From NCBI GenBank assembly GCA_036261885.1, contig DATAJY010000009.1, forward strand, positions 52,814 to 116,813: a stretch of 64,000 bases of DNA. Direction: 5' to 3'. The notes beneath the pieces were generated by a model, which did not search any database, was not told where the DNA came from, and worked only from the letters and a program-made list of their open reading frames with translations. Below are positions 17,561-26,970 of this stretch, in pieces (position 1 is the stretch's first letter; each line of letters opens with the position of its first letter). The stretch comes from Thermoanaerobaculia bacterium (GTDB lineage Bacteria > Acidobacteriota > Thermoanaerobaculia > Gp7-AA8). The translations under genes were made by a program, and so were the position numbers.

Positions 17561-20308
17561 ATGCGAAAACTGATCGCCTTGCTGATGCTGGTTGCGCTGA
17601 GCGCTGCCGCGCAGGAGAAGAAGCCAACGTTGTCCACCAGACAATTCGATAAAAAGCAGTTCACCATCCCGTACGAGAAAATCGTGCTCGACAACGGACT
17701 CACCGTGCTCGTGCACGAAGACCACAACGTCCCGATCGTGGCCGTGAACCTCTGGTACCACGTCGGCTCGCGGAACGAGCAGCGCGGCCGCACCGGCTTC
17801 GCCCATCTCTTCGAGCACTTCTTCTTCAACGGCTCCGAGAACTATCCGCACGGATTCCGCGAGGCGATGGACGACCTCGGCGCGAACAACCGCAACGGCA
17901 CGACCTCGACCGATCGCACCAATTTCTTCGAGAACGTGCCGACCTCCGCGCTCGAGCGGACGCTCTACCTCGAAGCCGATCGCATGGGCTTCCTGGCCGG
18001 CAACATCTCGAAGGAGATGCTCGAGCGCGAGCGTGGCGTCGTCTCGAACGAAAAACGCCAAGGCGAAAATCAGCCGTACGGACGGGCGCTCAATCGCGCC
18101 ATGGAGATCCTCCATCCGTACGAGCACCCCTACTCGTGGTCCACGATCGGCTCGCTCGACGACCTCGCCGCCGCGTCGCTCGACGACGTGAAGGAGTGGT
18201 ACCGCAGCTACTACGGCCCGAACAATTGCGTTCTCTCGCTGGCCGGCGACATCACCGTCGCACGCGCGCGCGAGCTGGCCTTGAAATACTTCAACGGCAT
18301 CGCCCCCGGGCCGGCACTGGCGCGCGCGGACGAGTGGATCCCGAAGCTCGATCGCAACATCCGCGACGAAATGGAAGATCGCGTCGCGAATACGCGCATC
18401 TATCGCGTCTATCACGCACCGGCGTGGAAGGACGGTTCGCTGCAGCATCTCAATCTGCTCAGCGAAGTGCTGGCCGGCTCGAAGAGCGCGCGCCTCGATC
18501 GGCGGCTGGTCTACGAAAAAGGGCTGGCCACCGAGACCTCCGCGTACGTGTGGGATCGCGAGCTCGGCTCGCTCTTCATCATCGCCGTGACGCTGAAGCC
18601 GGGCGGCGATGCGGCGGTCGTCGAAAAAGAAATGGATGCGATCGTGAGGGAGGTCCTCGAAAACGGACCGACCGCGGAAGAGATCCAGCGCGCGCAGAGC
18701 CGCTCGCTCGCCTCCTTCGTGCGCGGCATCGAACGGCTGGGTGGATTCGGCGGACGCTCCGACGTGCTCGCGGAGAGCATGACCTTCGGCGGCACGCCGG
18801 ACGCCTATCTCGCGCGTCTCGAAACGCTCGCCACGGCCACACCCGCGGACGTGCAGAAGACCGCGAAGAAGTGGCTGGACACGAATCACTACACGCTGAC
18901 CGTTCGCCCGACGGCGGAGCTCAAGCCGGGGAAGACCGAGCTCGATCGCAAGGTGCTGCCGTCGCTCGGCGCCGCGCCGGCAGTGACGTTCCCGCAGGTG
19001 CAGCGCGCCACGCTCTCGAACGGCATGAAGGTCATGCTGCTCGAACGCCACAGCGCGCCGCTCGTGAACCTGACGCTCGCGGTCGACGCCGGCCACGCCA
19101 CCGACGCGCCTGCGAAGGCAGGTCTGGCGTCGCTGACGCTCGATCTGATGGATGAAGGGACGGCGACGCGCGACACGTTCAAGATCTCCGATGATCTCGA
19201 TGCCCTCGGCGCGCAGCTCTCGACGACGAACTCGCTCGATTACTCGTTCGTCGACCTGAGCGCGCTGCCGATGCATCTTCGCGCCTCACTCGACATCCTC
19301 GCCGACGTCGTCCTGCGTCCGGCATTTCCGGCCGACAAGGTGAAACTGCTCACCCAGCAGCGCGTCTCGCGCGTGCGCCAGGAACAGTCGCAGCCGAACA
19401 CGCTCGCCCTCCGGCTCGTGCCTCGCCTGCTCTACGGCGAGAACCATTTGTATGGCAAACCATTCACCGGCACCGGCTACGTCGAGACCGTCGGCGCGCT
19501 CACGCGCGACGATGTCGTCTCGTGGCACAGGAGCTGGTTCCATCCGAATCGCAGCACGATGATCGTCACCGGCGACGTGACGATGGAGAAGCTCGTCCCC
19601 GAGCTCGAGCGCGCCTTCGGCTCGTGGAAAAACGGTGACGCTCCGAAGAAAGAGATCTCCAACGTCGCCCGCACCGCCGGCAAGCGCGTTTACCTCATCG
19701 ACAAACCGGATGCGCCGCAATCGGTGATCGTCGCCGCACATGTTTCCGACGCGGGCGGCACGCCGGAAGACGTCGCGGTCGATACGGTGATTCGCAACTT
19801 CGGCGGGATGGCCACCTCGCGTCTCAATCGCAATCTCCGTCTCGACAAGCACTGGAGCTACGGCACCACCGGCTTCGTCAACGACACGCGCAACCAGCGG
19901 CCGTTCATCGTCGTGGCGCCGGTGCAGACCGACAAGACGAAGGAAGCGATCGTCGAAGTGCAGAAGGAAATTCGCGGCGTGGCCGGCGAGCGGCCGATCA
20001 CCGGCGAGGAGTACGACAGCGTGATGCGCAGCCAGGTGTTGCGCCTCCCCGGCTCGTTCGACACGCTGGCCTCGCTGACCAATGCCGCCATTCGCACGCT
20101 GACCCTCAACCGCGGCGACGACTACTACCAGAAGTACGCGGCGAACGTGCAGGCGCTGACGGAAGCCGATCTGCTGAGCGCGGGGAAGAAGATCGTGCAT
20201 CCCGACGAAGTGATCTGGATCATCGTCGGCGATCTGAAGAAGGTCGAAGCCGGCATCCGCGAGCTGAACCTCGGCGAGATCATGCAGCTCGATCCGAACA
20301 AGCTGTAA
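17561..20308 (+). CDS. M16 family (pitrilysin-like) zinc peptidase, tandem-domain single-chain form, secreted
   Basis: signal MRKLIALLMLVALSAAAQ; inverted zinc motif HLFEHFFF..E; ~915 aa consistent with an N-terminal active half plus C-terminal inactive half. Confidence 0.85.
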   Translation: MRKLIALLMLVALSAAAQEKKPTLSTRQFDKKQFTIPYEKIVLDNGLTVLVHEDHNVPIVAVNLWYHVGSRNEQRGRTGFAHLFEHFFFNGSENYPHGFREAMDDLGANNRNGTTSTDRTNFFENVPTSALERTLYLEADRMGFLAGNISKEMLERERGVVSNEKRQGENQPYGRALNRAMEILHPYEHPYSWSTIGSLDDLAAASLDDVKEWYRSYYGPNNCVLSLAGDITVARARELALKYFNGIAPGPALARADEWIPKLDRNIRDEMEDRVANTRIYRVYHAPAWKDGSLQHLNLLSEVLAGSKSARLDRRLVYEKGLATETSAYVWDRELGSLFIIAVTLKPGGDAAVVEKEMDAIVREVLENGPTAEEIQRAQSRSLASFVRGIERLGGFGGRSDVLAESMTFGGTPDAYLARLETLATATPADVQKTAKKWLDTNHYTLTVRPTAELKPGKTELDRKVLPSLGAAPAVTFPQVQRATLSNGMKVMLLERHSAPLVNLTLAVDAGHATDAPAKAGLASLTLDLMDEGTATRDTFKISDDLDALGAQLSTTNSLDYSFVDLSALPMHLRASLDILADVVLRPAFPADKVKLLTQQRVSRVRQEQSQPNTLALRLVPRLLYGENHLYGKPFTGTGYVETVGALTRDDVVSWHRSWFHPNRSTMIVTGDVTMEKLVPELERAFGSWKNGDAPKKEISNVARTAGKRVYLIDKPDAPQSVIVAAHVSDAGGTPEDVAVDTVIRNFGGMATSRLNRNLRLDKHWSYGTTGFVNDTRNQRPFIVVAPVQTDKTKEAIVEVQKEIRGVAGERPITGEEYDSVMRSQVLRLPGSFDTLASLTNAAIRTLTLNRGDDYYQKYAANVQALTEADLLSAGKKIVHPDEVIWIIVGDLKKVEAGIRELNLGEIMQLDPNKL

Positions 20309-20311
20309 TCG

Positions 20312-20734
20312 CTACGTGAATACGACCAGCGCGGGCAGGTTCCCGCGCTGGTCGTGAAGCACGCCCTTCGCCGCGCCGCGCCCATCCGCGAACCCGTTCG
20401 ACATCGCCCGCGGCTCGAACACGCTTCCATCCTCGAACTGCAGCGAGCCGGTCTTCACGGCCGTGATGCGCAGCGCCTGTTTCTCGTGCGCGGGATACAC
20501 GTAGCGCTCGATCCAGACGGTGCGATCGAGCAGCGCGGCATGCAGAGGACGCGGACGCGACGGCAGAAAGAACCGGCGCCGCGCCACGAACTGCGGATTC
20601 GGCAGACCGCTCGCGGCCGCGGCGCGAACGTCCGCGCGCAGGCCGCTGATCATCGGAATGAGGATGAACAGGAACGACGTGACGCTCCACGCGATGAGAA
20701 TGCCGGCGAACGGTCCGACGATCGGCAGTTTCAT
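20312..20734 (-). CDS. hypothetical membrane-anchored protein
   Basis: start MKLPIVGPFAGILIAWSVTSFLFILIPMISGL (one TM helix); 4-nt overlap with the upstream yciH-like gene. Confidence 0.4.
   Translation of the reverse strand: MKLPIVGPFAGILIAWSVTSFLFILIPMISGLRADVRAAAASGLPNPQFVARRRFFLPSRPRPLHAALLDRTVWIERYVYPAHEKQALRITAVKTGSLQFEDGSVFEPRAMSNGFADGRGAAKGVLHDQRGNLPALVVFT
20323..20354. terminator. bidirectional hairpin terminator between convergent genes
   Basis: cgaccagcgcggg-caggtt-cccgcgctggtcg; 13-bp perfect stem. Confidence 0.5.
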
Positions 20735-21069
20735 TTGACGCGATATCCGAGCTTGCGCAGTTCGTCCGCGACTTTCGCGGCGTGATCGCCCTGAATCTCG
20801 ATCTCGCCATCCTTCGCCGTTCCGCCCGAGCCGCATTTCTTCTTGAGCGTCTGCGCGACCGTGGCCAGCGATTCGTTCGTGTGCTGAAACCCGCTCGCCA
20901 CCGTGACGGTCTTCCCGGCGCGGCGTTTCTTGTCGATGGCCACGCGGATGGTCTGCTTCGCCGGTTCGGCATCGCGCGGCGTCTCGAGCTTCCCCGAGTC
21001 GCGCAGCCGTCTTGCTTCTTCAGGGTCGGAGGTCCAGACGAGTTTCGTGCTCATGGTTCGCGTGCTCAT
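20731..21069 (-). CDS. yciH: translation initiation factor SUI1/eIF1 family (YciH-like)
   Basis: SUI1-fold motifs: RVAIDKKRRAGKTVTVASGF and KKKCGSGGTAKDGEIEIQGD; alternative start at Met6. Confidence 0.8.
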   Translation of the reverse strand: MSTRTMSTKLVWTSDPEEARRLRDSGKLETPRDAEPAKQTIRVAIDKKRRAGKTVTVASGFQHTNESLATVAQTLKKKCGSGGTAKDGEIEIQGDHAAKVADELRKLGYRVK

Positions 21070-21113
21070 GTTCGCGTGCTCAGCGTTCGCGCCGCTATGC
21101 TATCGCCTCTCGC

Positions 21114-21956
21114 ATGGATGACTCGTATCGCGGCTGGCGCCGCCCCGGCCCTCTCCCTCCCGGCGGCATCGAAGCGGAGGAAGGCGAAACGCTCGATTTT
21201 CTCTGCGGCTACTACCGCATCTTTCAGTACGCGAAAGGGCATCGCTACTCCACCGACGACGTGCTCACCGCGTGGTACGGCAGCATCAGCGCGCCGCGCG
21301 TCGATCGCGCCGCCGACCTCGGCTCGGGCATCGGCTCGGTCGCGCTCATCACCGCCTGGCGTCTCCCCGGCGCGTCGTTCACGACCGTCGAAGCGCAGGA
21401 AATCTCGTTGCGACTCGCGAAGAAGAGCGTGCGCTACAACGGACTGGAAGCGCGATTCGCGCAGCACCATGGGGACCTGCGCACGTTCGTCTTCGACGGC
21501 ACCTACGATCTCGTCACCGGCTCCCCGCCGTACTGGCCCGAGGGTACGGCGTCGGAAGCGCGACACCCGCAGGCCGTCCCCGCGCGCATCGAGATTCGCG
21601 GCAGCGTGTTCGATTACGCGGCGGCGGCCTCGCGGATTCTCGCGCCGGGCGGAGTGTTCGCGTTCGTCTTTCCGACGGTGCAGATGCCGCGCGTGTTCGA
21701 AGCGCTCTCCGCTGCTTCGCTGAAGCTCGTGCGCCGGAGAGATGTCGTGTTCAAGGATGGCGAGCCGCCGTTGATCACGCTGTTCGCCGCCTGTCGTTCC
21801 ACCGATCTCCCCGATTCGTATGCGGAGTTCGTGGAAGCGCCGCTGGTGATCCGTCGCAGGGACGGCGGTGTGCCCGATGAGTACTCCGCCATCCGGCTGA
21901 GCTTCGGGTTTCCACCCGGCAATGTGCCGGCGGAAACCCGCGGTCCCGGCCGCTGA
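21114..21956 (+). CDS. class I SAM-dependent methyltransferase, N6-adenine (YfiC/TrmN6-like)
   Basis: SAM motif DLGSGIGSVAL and catalytic (D/N/S)PPY-type motif GSPPYW. Confidence 0.7.
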   Translation: MDDSYRGWRRPGPLPPGGIEAEEGETLDFLCGYYRIFQYAKGHRYSTDDVLTAWYGSISAPRVDRAADLGSGIGSVALITAWRLPGASFTTVEAQEISLRLAKKSVRYNGLEARFAQHHGDLRTFVFDGTYDLVTGSPPYWPEGTASEARHPQAVPARIEIRGSVFDYAAAASRILAPGGVFAFVFPTVQMPRVFEALSAASLKLVRRRDVVFKDGEPPLITLFAACRSTDLPDSYAEFVEAPLVIRRRDGGVPDEYSAIRLSFGFPPGNVPAETRGPGR

Positions 21957-21988
21957 GCGCTGCGTGAATAAACACGAGGCGCATGCAG

Positions 21989-22413
21989 TGTGTCATCCCG
22001 AGCGGAGCGCGCAGCGCGGAGTCGAGGGACCCCCTGCGGATGCACGAGGGTCGCTGCGTATGCGGGGGATCCCTCCACTCGCTGCGCTCGGTCGGGATGA
22101 CACGAAAAGGGAGCGTGCAGTGTGTCATCCCGAGCGCAGCGCGCAGCGCGGAGTCGAGGGACCTCCTGCGGATGCACGAGGGTCGCTGCGTAGGCGGGGG
22201 ATCCCTCCACTCGCTGCGCTCGGTCGGGATGACACGAAGTTGCGTCCACGCAACAGCGCGGCGGAGCGCTGCGTGGATAAACACGAGGCGCATGCAGCGT
22301 GTCATCCCGAGCGCAGCGCGCAGCGCGGAGTCGAGGGACCCCCTGCGGCTGCACGAGGGTCGCTGCGTAGACGGGGGATCCCTCCACTCGCTGCGCTCGG
22401 TCGGGATGTCACT
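21989..22413. repeat. three tandem ~115-bp hairpin repeat units (REP/MITE-like, family 1) in a convergent intergenic region
   Basis: each unit = arm gtgtcatcccgagcggagcgcgcagcgcggagtcgagggacccc + ~30-nt loop + inverted arm gggggatccctccactcgctgcgctcggtcgggatgacac; units >90% identical; the last unit overlaps the stop of the downstream convergent gene. Confidence 0.85.
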
Positions 22414-22855
22414 TCCGGCGGCTGGCCTCGTAGATGTCGATGTATTGCTTCGGCGGCGTCGCCGCGATGACCTTCGCCACGACGTCGAGCGGCAGGTCTT
22501 CGAGTTTTTTGAATCGCAGACACGACTTCCCGAGATCGAGCTTCTTCCCCGCCTTCGCAAAGCCGTCGCGCAACATCGCCTCGATCTGCGCGTCGCCGTA
22601 GACGTTCATCAGATAGAGCGCGTAGTGGTTTTTCTGCGCCGCGAACGCGGCATAACAGAGCGGCTGCCGGTTGTACGTGTCGGGATAGGTCTCGAGCGGA
22701 ATCCCCCAGCAGACCCCGCCATACCCCATCGTCTCCGCATAACCTTTCGGGATGTTGTTCCGTACCAAAACCAGTACCCTCTCGGCGACCGCCCGGCGCT
22801 CGTCCGGCAACTCGTCGAGATAGGCGTCTACTGATTTCGCTTTGCTCTGGACCAT
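22409..22855 (-). CDS. DUF1801 (YdhG-like) domain protein
   Basis: N-terminus KSVDAYLDELPDERRAVAERV typical of DUF1801. Confidence 0.6.
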   Translation of the reverse strand: MVQSKAKSVDAYLDELPDERRAVAERVLVLVRNNIPKGYAETMGYGGVCWGIPLETYPDTYNRQPLCYAAFAAQKNHYALYLMNVYGDAQIEAMLRDGFAKAGKKLDLGKSCLRFKKLEDLPLDVVAKVIAATPPKQYIDIYEASRRK

Positions 22856-22940
22856 CGGCTCGGAGTGTAATACGCAGCCTCACGCAAGCTGTGACTCATT
22901 CGGCATTCAGCAGCAGGAACAATCACAACAGGGGGAAAAG

Positions 22941-24440
22941 ATGAGAAGAGTGTTGTTGCTCGCGACGCTCGTCCTGACGGCGGTCTCCGCCTTCGGTCAG
23001 GACCTGGCGTCGTTCGAGAAGCGCACGCAGATGCGCAAGCTCGACAACGGTCTGACCGTCATCATCGTGGAACGCCGCGACGCACCGGTGTTCTCGTACG
23101 CGACGATGGTCAACGCCGGCTCGGCACAGGAAGTCCCCGGGATCACCGGTCTGGCACACATGTTCGAGCACATGGCCTTCAAGGGCTCGGACAAAGTCGG
23201 TTCGACGAACTGGGACGCGGAGAAAGCCGCGTTGCAGCGGGTCGAGGAAAAGTACGCCGCGTACGATCGTCTCCGCCGGGCCGAGACGAATCGCGACGAG
23301 GCGGCCGTGGCCGCGGCGAAGAAGGAGTGGGAAGACGCCATCGCCGAGGCCGACAAGCACATGGTCAATGACGAGTTTTCGGAGATCATCGATCGTGCCG
23401 GCGGCGTCGGCATGAACGCCTTCACCTCGTCGGACGTGACCGGCTACTTCTTCTCTCTCCCCTCCAATCGTTTCGAACTGTGGGCATTCATGGAGTCGGA
23501 GCGTTTCCGCAATCCGGTCTTCCGCCAGTTCTACAAAGAGCGCGACGTCGTTTTCGAAGAGCGTCGCATGCGCACGGAATCGAGTCCGTTCGGCCGGCTG
23601 ATGGAACAGTTCCTCGCCACCGCCTTCACCGCACACCCGTACGGGTTCCCCGGTGTCGGCTGGCCGTCGGACCTGCATTCGTTCTCGGCGACGGACGCGG
23701 AGGCGTTCTTCCGCAAGTACTACGTTCCGTCGAACATCGTCATCACCATCGTCGGCGACGTGAATCCCACCGAGGCGTGGCCGATCGTCGAGAAATACTT
23801 CGGCCGTCTGCCGAAATCGCCGCAGCCGGAGGCGCTGCGCACGGTGGAGCCGCCGCAGATCGGCGAGCGTACGGTCGTGTTGCGCGAGACCTCGCAGCCG
23901 ATTTATCTCGAGGGGTACCATCGCCCCTCCGCGGCCGACAAAGACGACCCGACCTATTCGGTCATCTCGATGCTGATGTCGAGCGGCCGCACGTCGCGTC
24001 TGTACAAATCGCTCGTGCGTGACAAGAAGATCGCCGCCGGCGCGTCGGGATTCAGCGGCTTCCCCGGCGAGAAGTATCCGAACCTATTCACGTTCTACGG
24101 CATCACCACGCCGGGTCACACTCCCGATGAAGTCGCGGAAGCGATTCACGCCGAGATCGACAAGCTGAAAACCGAAGACGTTCCGGCCGAGGAGCTGGCA
24201 TCGGTGAAGACCCGCGTGAAAGCGGACCTCATCCGCCGCCTCGGCAGCAACAGCGGCCTCGCTCTTCAACTCGCCGAAGCGCAGACGCTCTACGGCGACT
24301 GGCGCGAGCTCTTCCGCCAGGTCGACGCCATCGACAAGGTCACGGCCGCCGATGTGAAGCGCGTCGCCAACGCCACCTTCTCCGCCAACAACCGCACCGT
24401 CGCAAAAGTCGAATCGGCTCCGAAAGGAGGAGCGAAATGA
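22941..24440 (+). CDS. M16B family zinc peptidase, catalytic subunit, secreted
   Basis: signal MRRVLLLATLVLTAVSAFGQ; HxxEH motif HMFEHMAFKG; RBS gggggaaaag. Confidence 0.85.
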   Translation: MRRVLLLATLVLTAVSAFGQDLASFEKRTQMRKLDNGLTVIIVERRDAPVFSYATMVNAGSAQEVPGITGLAHMFEHMAFKGSDKVGSTNWDAEKAALQRVEEKYAAYDRLRRAETNRDEAAVAAAKKEWEDAIAEADKHMVNDEFSEIIDRAGGVGMNAFTSSDVTGYFFSLPSNRFELWAFMESERFRNPVFRQFYKERDVVFEERRMRTESSPFGRLMEQFLATAFTAHPYGFPGVGWPSDLHSFSATDAEAFFRKYYVPSNIVITIVGDVNPTEAWPIVEKYFGRLPKSPQPEALRTVEPPQIGERTVVLRETSQPIYLEGYHRPSAADKDDPTYSVISMLMSSGRTSRLYKSLVRDKKIAAGASGFSGFPGEKYPNLFTFYGITTPGHTPDEVAEAIHAEIDKLKTEDVPAEELASVKTRVKADLIRRLGSNSGLALQLAEAQTLYGDWRELFRQVDAIDKVTAADVKRVANATFSANNRTVAKVESAPKGGAK

Positions 24441-26548
24441 AAAGAGTGAACACCGCCTTCGCGGTCTTCGCCTCGCTCCTGATGCTCGCGGGCAACGCGC
24501 CCGCGCAGGTGAATTCCGTCAATGACATCAAGACCCCGCCGCTGCGCAAGTTCTCCATGCCGCAGCCGAAACGGATCGTGCTCCCGAACGGCATGGTGAT
24601 CTTCCTGCAGGAAGACCACGAGCTGCCGCTCATCAGCGGCTCTGCGACCATTCGCGGCGGCTCGCGCGACATCCCGGCCGCAAAGGCCGGCATGCTCGGC
24701 ATCTACAGCGGCTCGTGGCGTACCGGCGGCACGACGTCGAAGACCGGCGACGAGCTCGATCAGTTCCTCGAATCGCGCGCCGCGCGCGTCGAGACCGGTG
24801 GCGGCGTCGATTCGACGTCCGTGTCGATGAGCGTCCTCAAAGGCGACTTCGATACCGTCTTCCCGATCTGGGTGGACGTGCTGCGCAACCCCGCCTTCCG
24901 CGAAGAGAAGATCACGCTCGCGAAGACCGGCGCCAACACCGGCATCTCCCGCCGCAACGACGAGCCGGGCGGCATCCTCGGCCGCGAGCTCGGCAAGCTC
25001 GGCTACGGCACCGACTCGCCGTACTCGCGCCAGTCCGAGTACGCGACCATCGCCTCGATCACGCGCGACGATCTGCTCGCATTCCACAGGCAGACCGTCC
25101 ATCCGAACAACATCATCCTCGCCTTCATCGGCGACTTCGATTCCGCGAAGGTCGAGAAGAAACTGCGCGACACCTTCGGCTCGTGGGCGAAGGGACCGCA
25201 GGTGGCGAAGCCGGCCTCGGCGTTCACGCCGGCCAAACCGGGTCTCTATCTCGTCGCGAAAGACGATGTGACGCAGGCCAACATCGGCATCGTGCACGCC
25301 GGCATCGAGCGCAACAATCCCGACTACGCGGCCGTGCAGGTCATGAACGAAATCTTCAGCGGCGGCTTCTCCGGACGCCTCATGCAGACGCTGCGCTCGC
25401 AGCGCGGTCTCACCTACGGCGTCGGTGGCGGCGTCGGCGCGGCATGGGATTACCCCGGCCTCTTCCGCGTGCAGATGGCCACGAAGAGCACCACCGCCAT
25501 CGAGTCGGTGCAGGCGCTGAAGGAAGAGATCGCGAAGCTCACCACCGCGCCGGTGACCGCCGATGAGATCTCGCTTGCGAAGGAGTCGATCCTCAACGCG
25601 TTCGTCTTCACCATGGACACGCGCGAGAAAGCGCTGCAGCAGCAGGTGCTCCTCGAGTTCTATGGGTTCCCATCCAATTACTTCCAGCAGTACCCGTCGC
25701 TGATCGAGAAGGTGACGGCCGACGACGTGCAGCGCGTGGCGAAGAAGTACGTGCACCCCGACCAGCTGGCGATCCTGGTGGTCGGCAAGGAAGCGGACTT
25801 CGAGAAGCCGCTCTCCTCCCTCGGCCAGGTCACGAAGATCGACATCACCATTCCGGAAGCGAATGCGGGCGCACCGGCCTCGACGAGCTCGAACGCCGAA
25901 GGAATGGCGCTGCTGAACAAGGTGCGTGATTTCGTCGGCGGCCAGGCGGCCATCGATGCCGTGAAGACCGTGCGCATCACCGGCGCGCGCAAGATCCATA
26001 CGCCGCAGGGCGAGATGGAAGCGCAGTCGGTGTCGCTGCTCCAGTACCCGAACTCGCTGCGGATGGAAATGACGCTGCCGATGGGCCAGATCACGCAGGT
26101 GATCTCCCCCGGCGCGGCGTTCGCCATCACGCCGATGGGCACGCAGGACATCCCGTCATCGCAGCGGGACTCGGCACTGGCGGACATGAAGTCCGACATG
26201 CTCGGCGTGCTGAAGAACGCGTCGAATCCGAAGTACGTCTTCACCGCCGGAAAGATGGAGAAGATCGGCGACGTCAACGCGCAGATCCTCGACATCAACG
26301 CCGACGGCTCGATGACGCGCTGGTACGTCGATCCCGCCAGCGGCCGTCTCGTGCGCACGCAGCGCACCAGCTCCGGCCCGCAAGGCGGCGACGTCGTGAC
26401 CGATTACCTGACCTGGCAGAAGTACGGCTCGGTCAACATGGTCACCTCGACCTCCAGCACCCGCAACGGCGAACCCTACACCAGCCAGACCGCCACCAAC
26501 GTGGAGATCAACCCCGCGGTGGATGAGAAGGCGTTTGTGAAACCGTGA
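24437..26548 (+). CDS. M16B family peptidase partner subunit (lacks HxxEH) with ~250-aa C-terminal extra domain
   Basis: 4-nt ATGA overlap with the upstream M16B gene; signal peptide; M16 fold without zinc motif; C-terminal LolA-like beta domain (my fold guess). Confidence 0.75.
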   Translation: MKRVNTAFAVFASLLMLAGNAPAQVNSVNDIKTPPLRKFSMPQPKRIVLPNGMVIFLQEDHELPLISGSATIRGGSRDIPAAKAGMLGIYSGSWRTGGTTSKTGDELDQFLESRAARVETGGGVDSTSVSMSVLKGDFDTVFPIWVDVLRNPAFREEKITLAKTGANTGISRRNDEPGGILGRELGKLGYGTDSPYSRQSEYATIASITRDDLLAFHRQTVHPNNIILAFIGDFDSAKVEKKLRDTFGSWAKGPQVAKPASAFTPAKPGLYLVAKDDVTQANIGIVHAGIERNNPDYAAVQVMNEIFSGGFSGRLMQTLRSQRGLTYGVGGGVGAAWDYPGLFRVQMATKSTTAIESVQALKEEIAKLTTAPVTADEISLAKESILNAFVFTMDTREKALQQQVLLEFYGFPSNYFQQYPSLIEKVTADDVQRVAKKYVHPDQLAILVVGKEADFEKPLSSLGQVTKIDITIPEANAGAPASTSSNAEGMALLNKVRDFVGGQAAIDAVKTVRITGARKIHTPQGEMEAQSVSLLQYPNSLRMEMTLPMGQITQVISPGAAFAITPMGTQDIPSSQRDSALADMKSDMLGVLKNASNPKYVFTAGKMEKIGDVNAQILDINADGSMTRWYVDPASGRLVRTQRTSSGPQGGDVVTDYLTWQKYGSVNMVTSTSSTRNGEPYTSQTATNVEINPAVDEKAFVKP

Positions 26549-26715
26549 TGAGGCGGTAGTCGGTTGTCGGGAGTCGGTTGTCGGGAGCTCCCGGCAACCG
26601 TGCTGCCGACGACCGACACGCCGATCGCCGTCCTCACGACCTCTCTCGCCCCGAGTCTGGAGTCGAGAGCATCGTTCTCCCGACAACCGACAACCGATCA
26701 CCGACCACCGCCCTA
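26548..26715. repeat. GTCGG-type palindromic repeat (family 2), copy A
   Basis: begins tgaggcggtagtcggttgtcgggagtcggttgtcgggag ... and ends with the inverted ctcccgacaaccgacaaccga; starts at the M16B stop codon. Confidence 0.8.
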
Positions 26716-26970
26716 CTGCGACATCGTCCCGCCTGCGCCGCGATTCGCCTGCAGTTCCTTCACGACTCGCATCAAACCGACCGTCACCTCGTGGAGTGCG
26801 TGGATGAGTCCTACCTGAAAGGCGGTCGGTGGTTCGCCGGCGGCGCATGCGCAGTAGTTGCAGGGGCCGCCGCGTCCTCCGTCGTGATGATCGATGCCGT
26901 GCGCGCAGGCACAGGAATCTTTACCGAGTTGCATCGCTTCCCTCCTCCGATTCCTTCCTAAGATATCCCG

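Noticed and set aside
21989-22413. Possible CRISPR array (regularly spaced repeats) here and at 44470..45120
   Set aside because: Units are ~110 bp, nearly identical throughout including the inter-arm core. There are no unique spacers and each unit is an internal palindrome. This is REP/MITE-like architecture, not CRISPR repeat-spacer architecture. No cas genes nearby.
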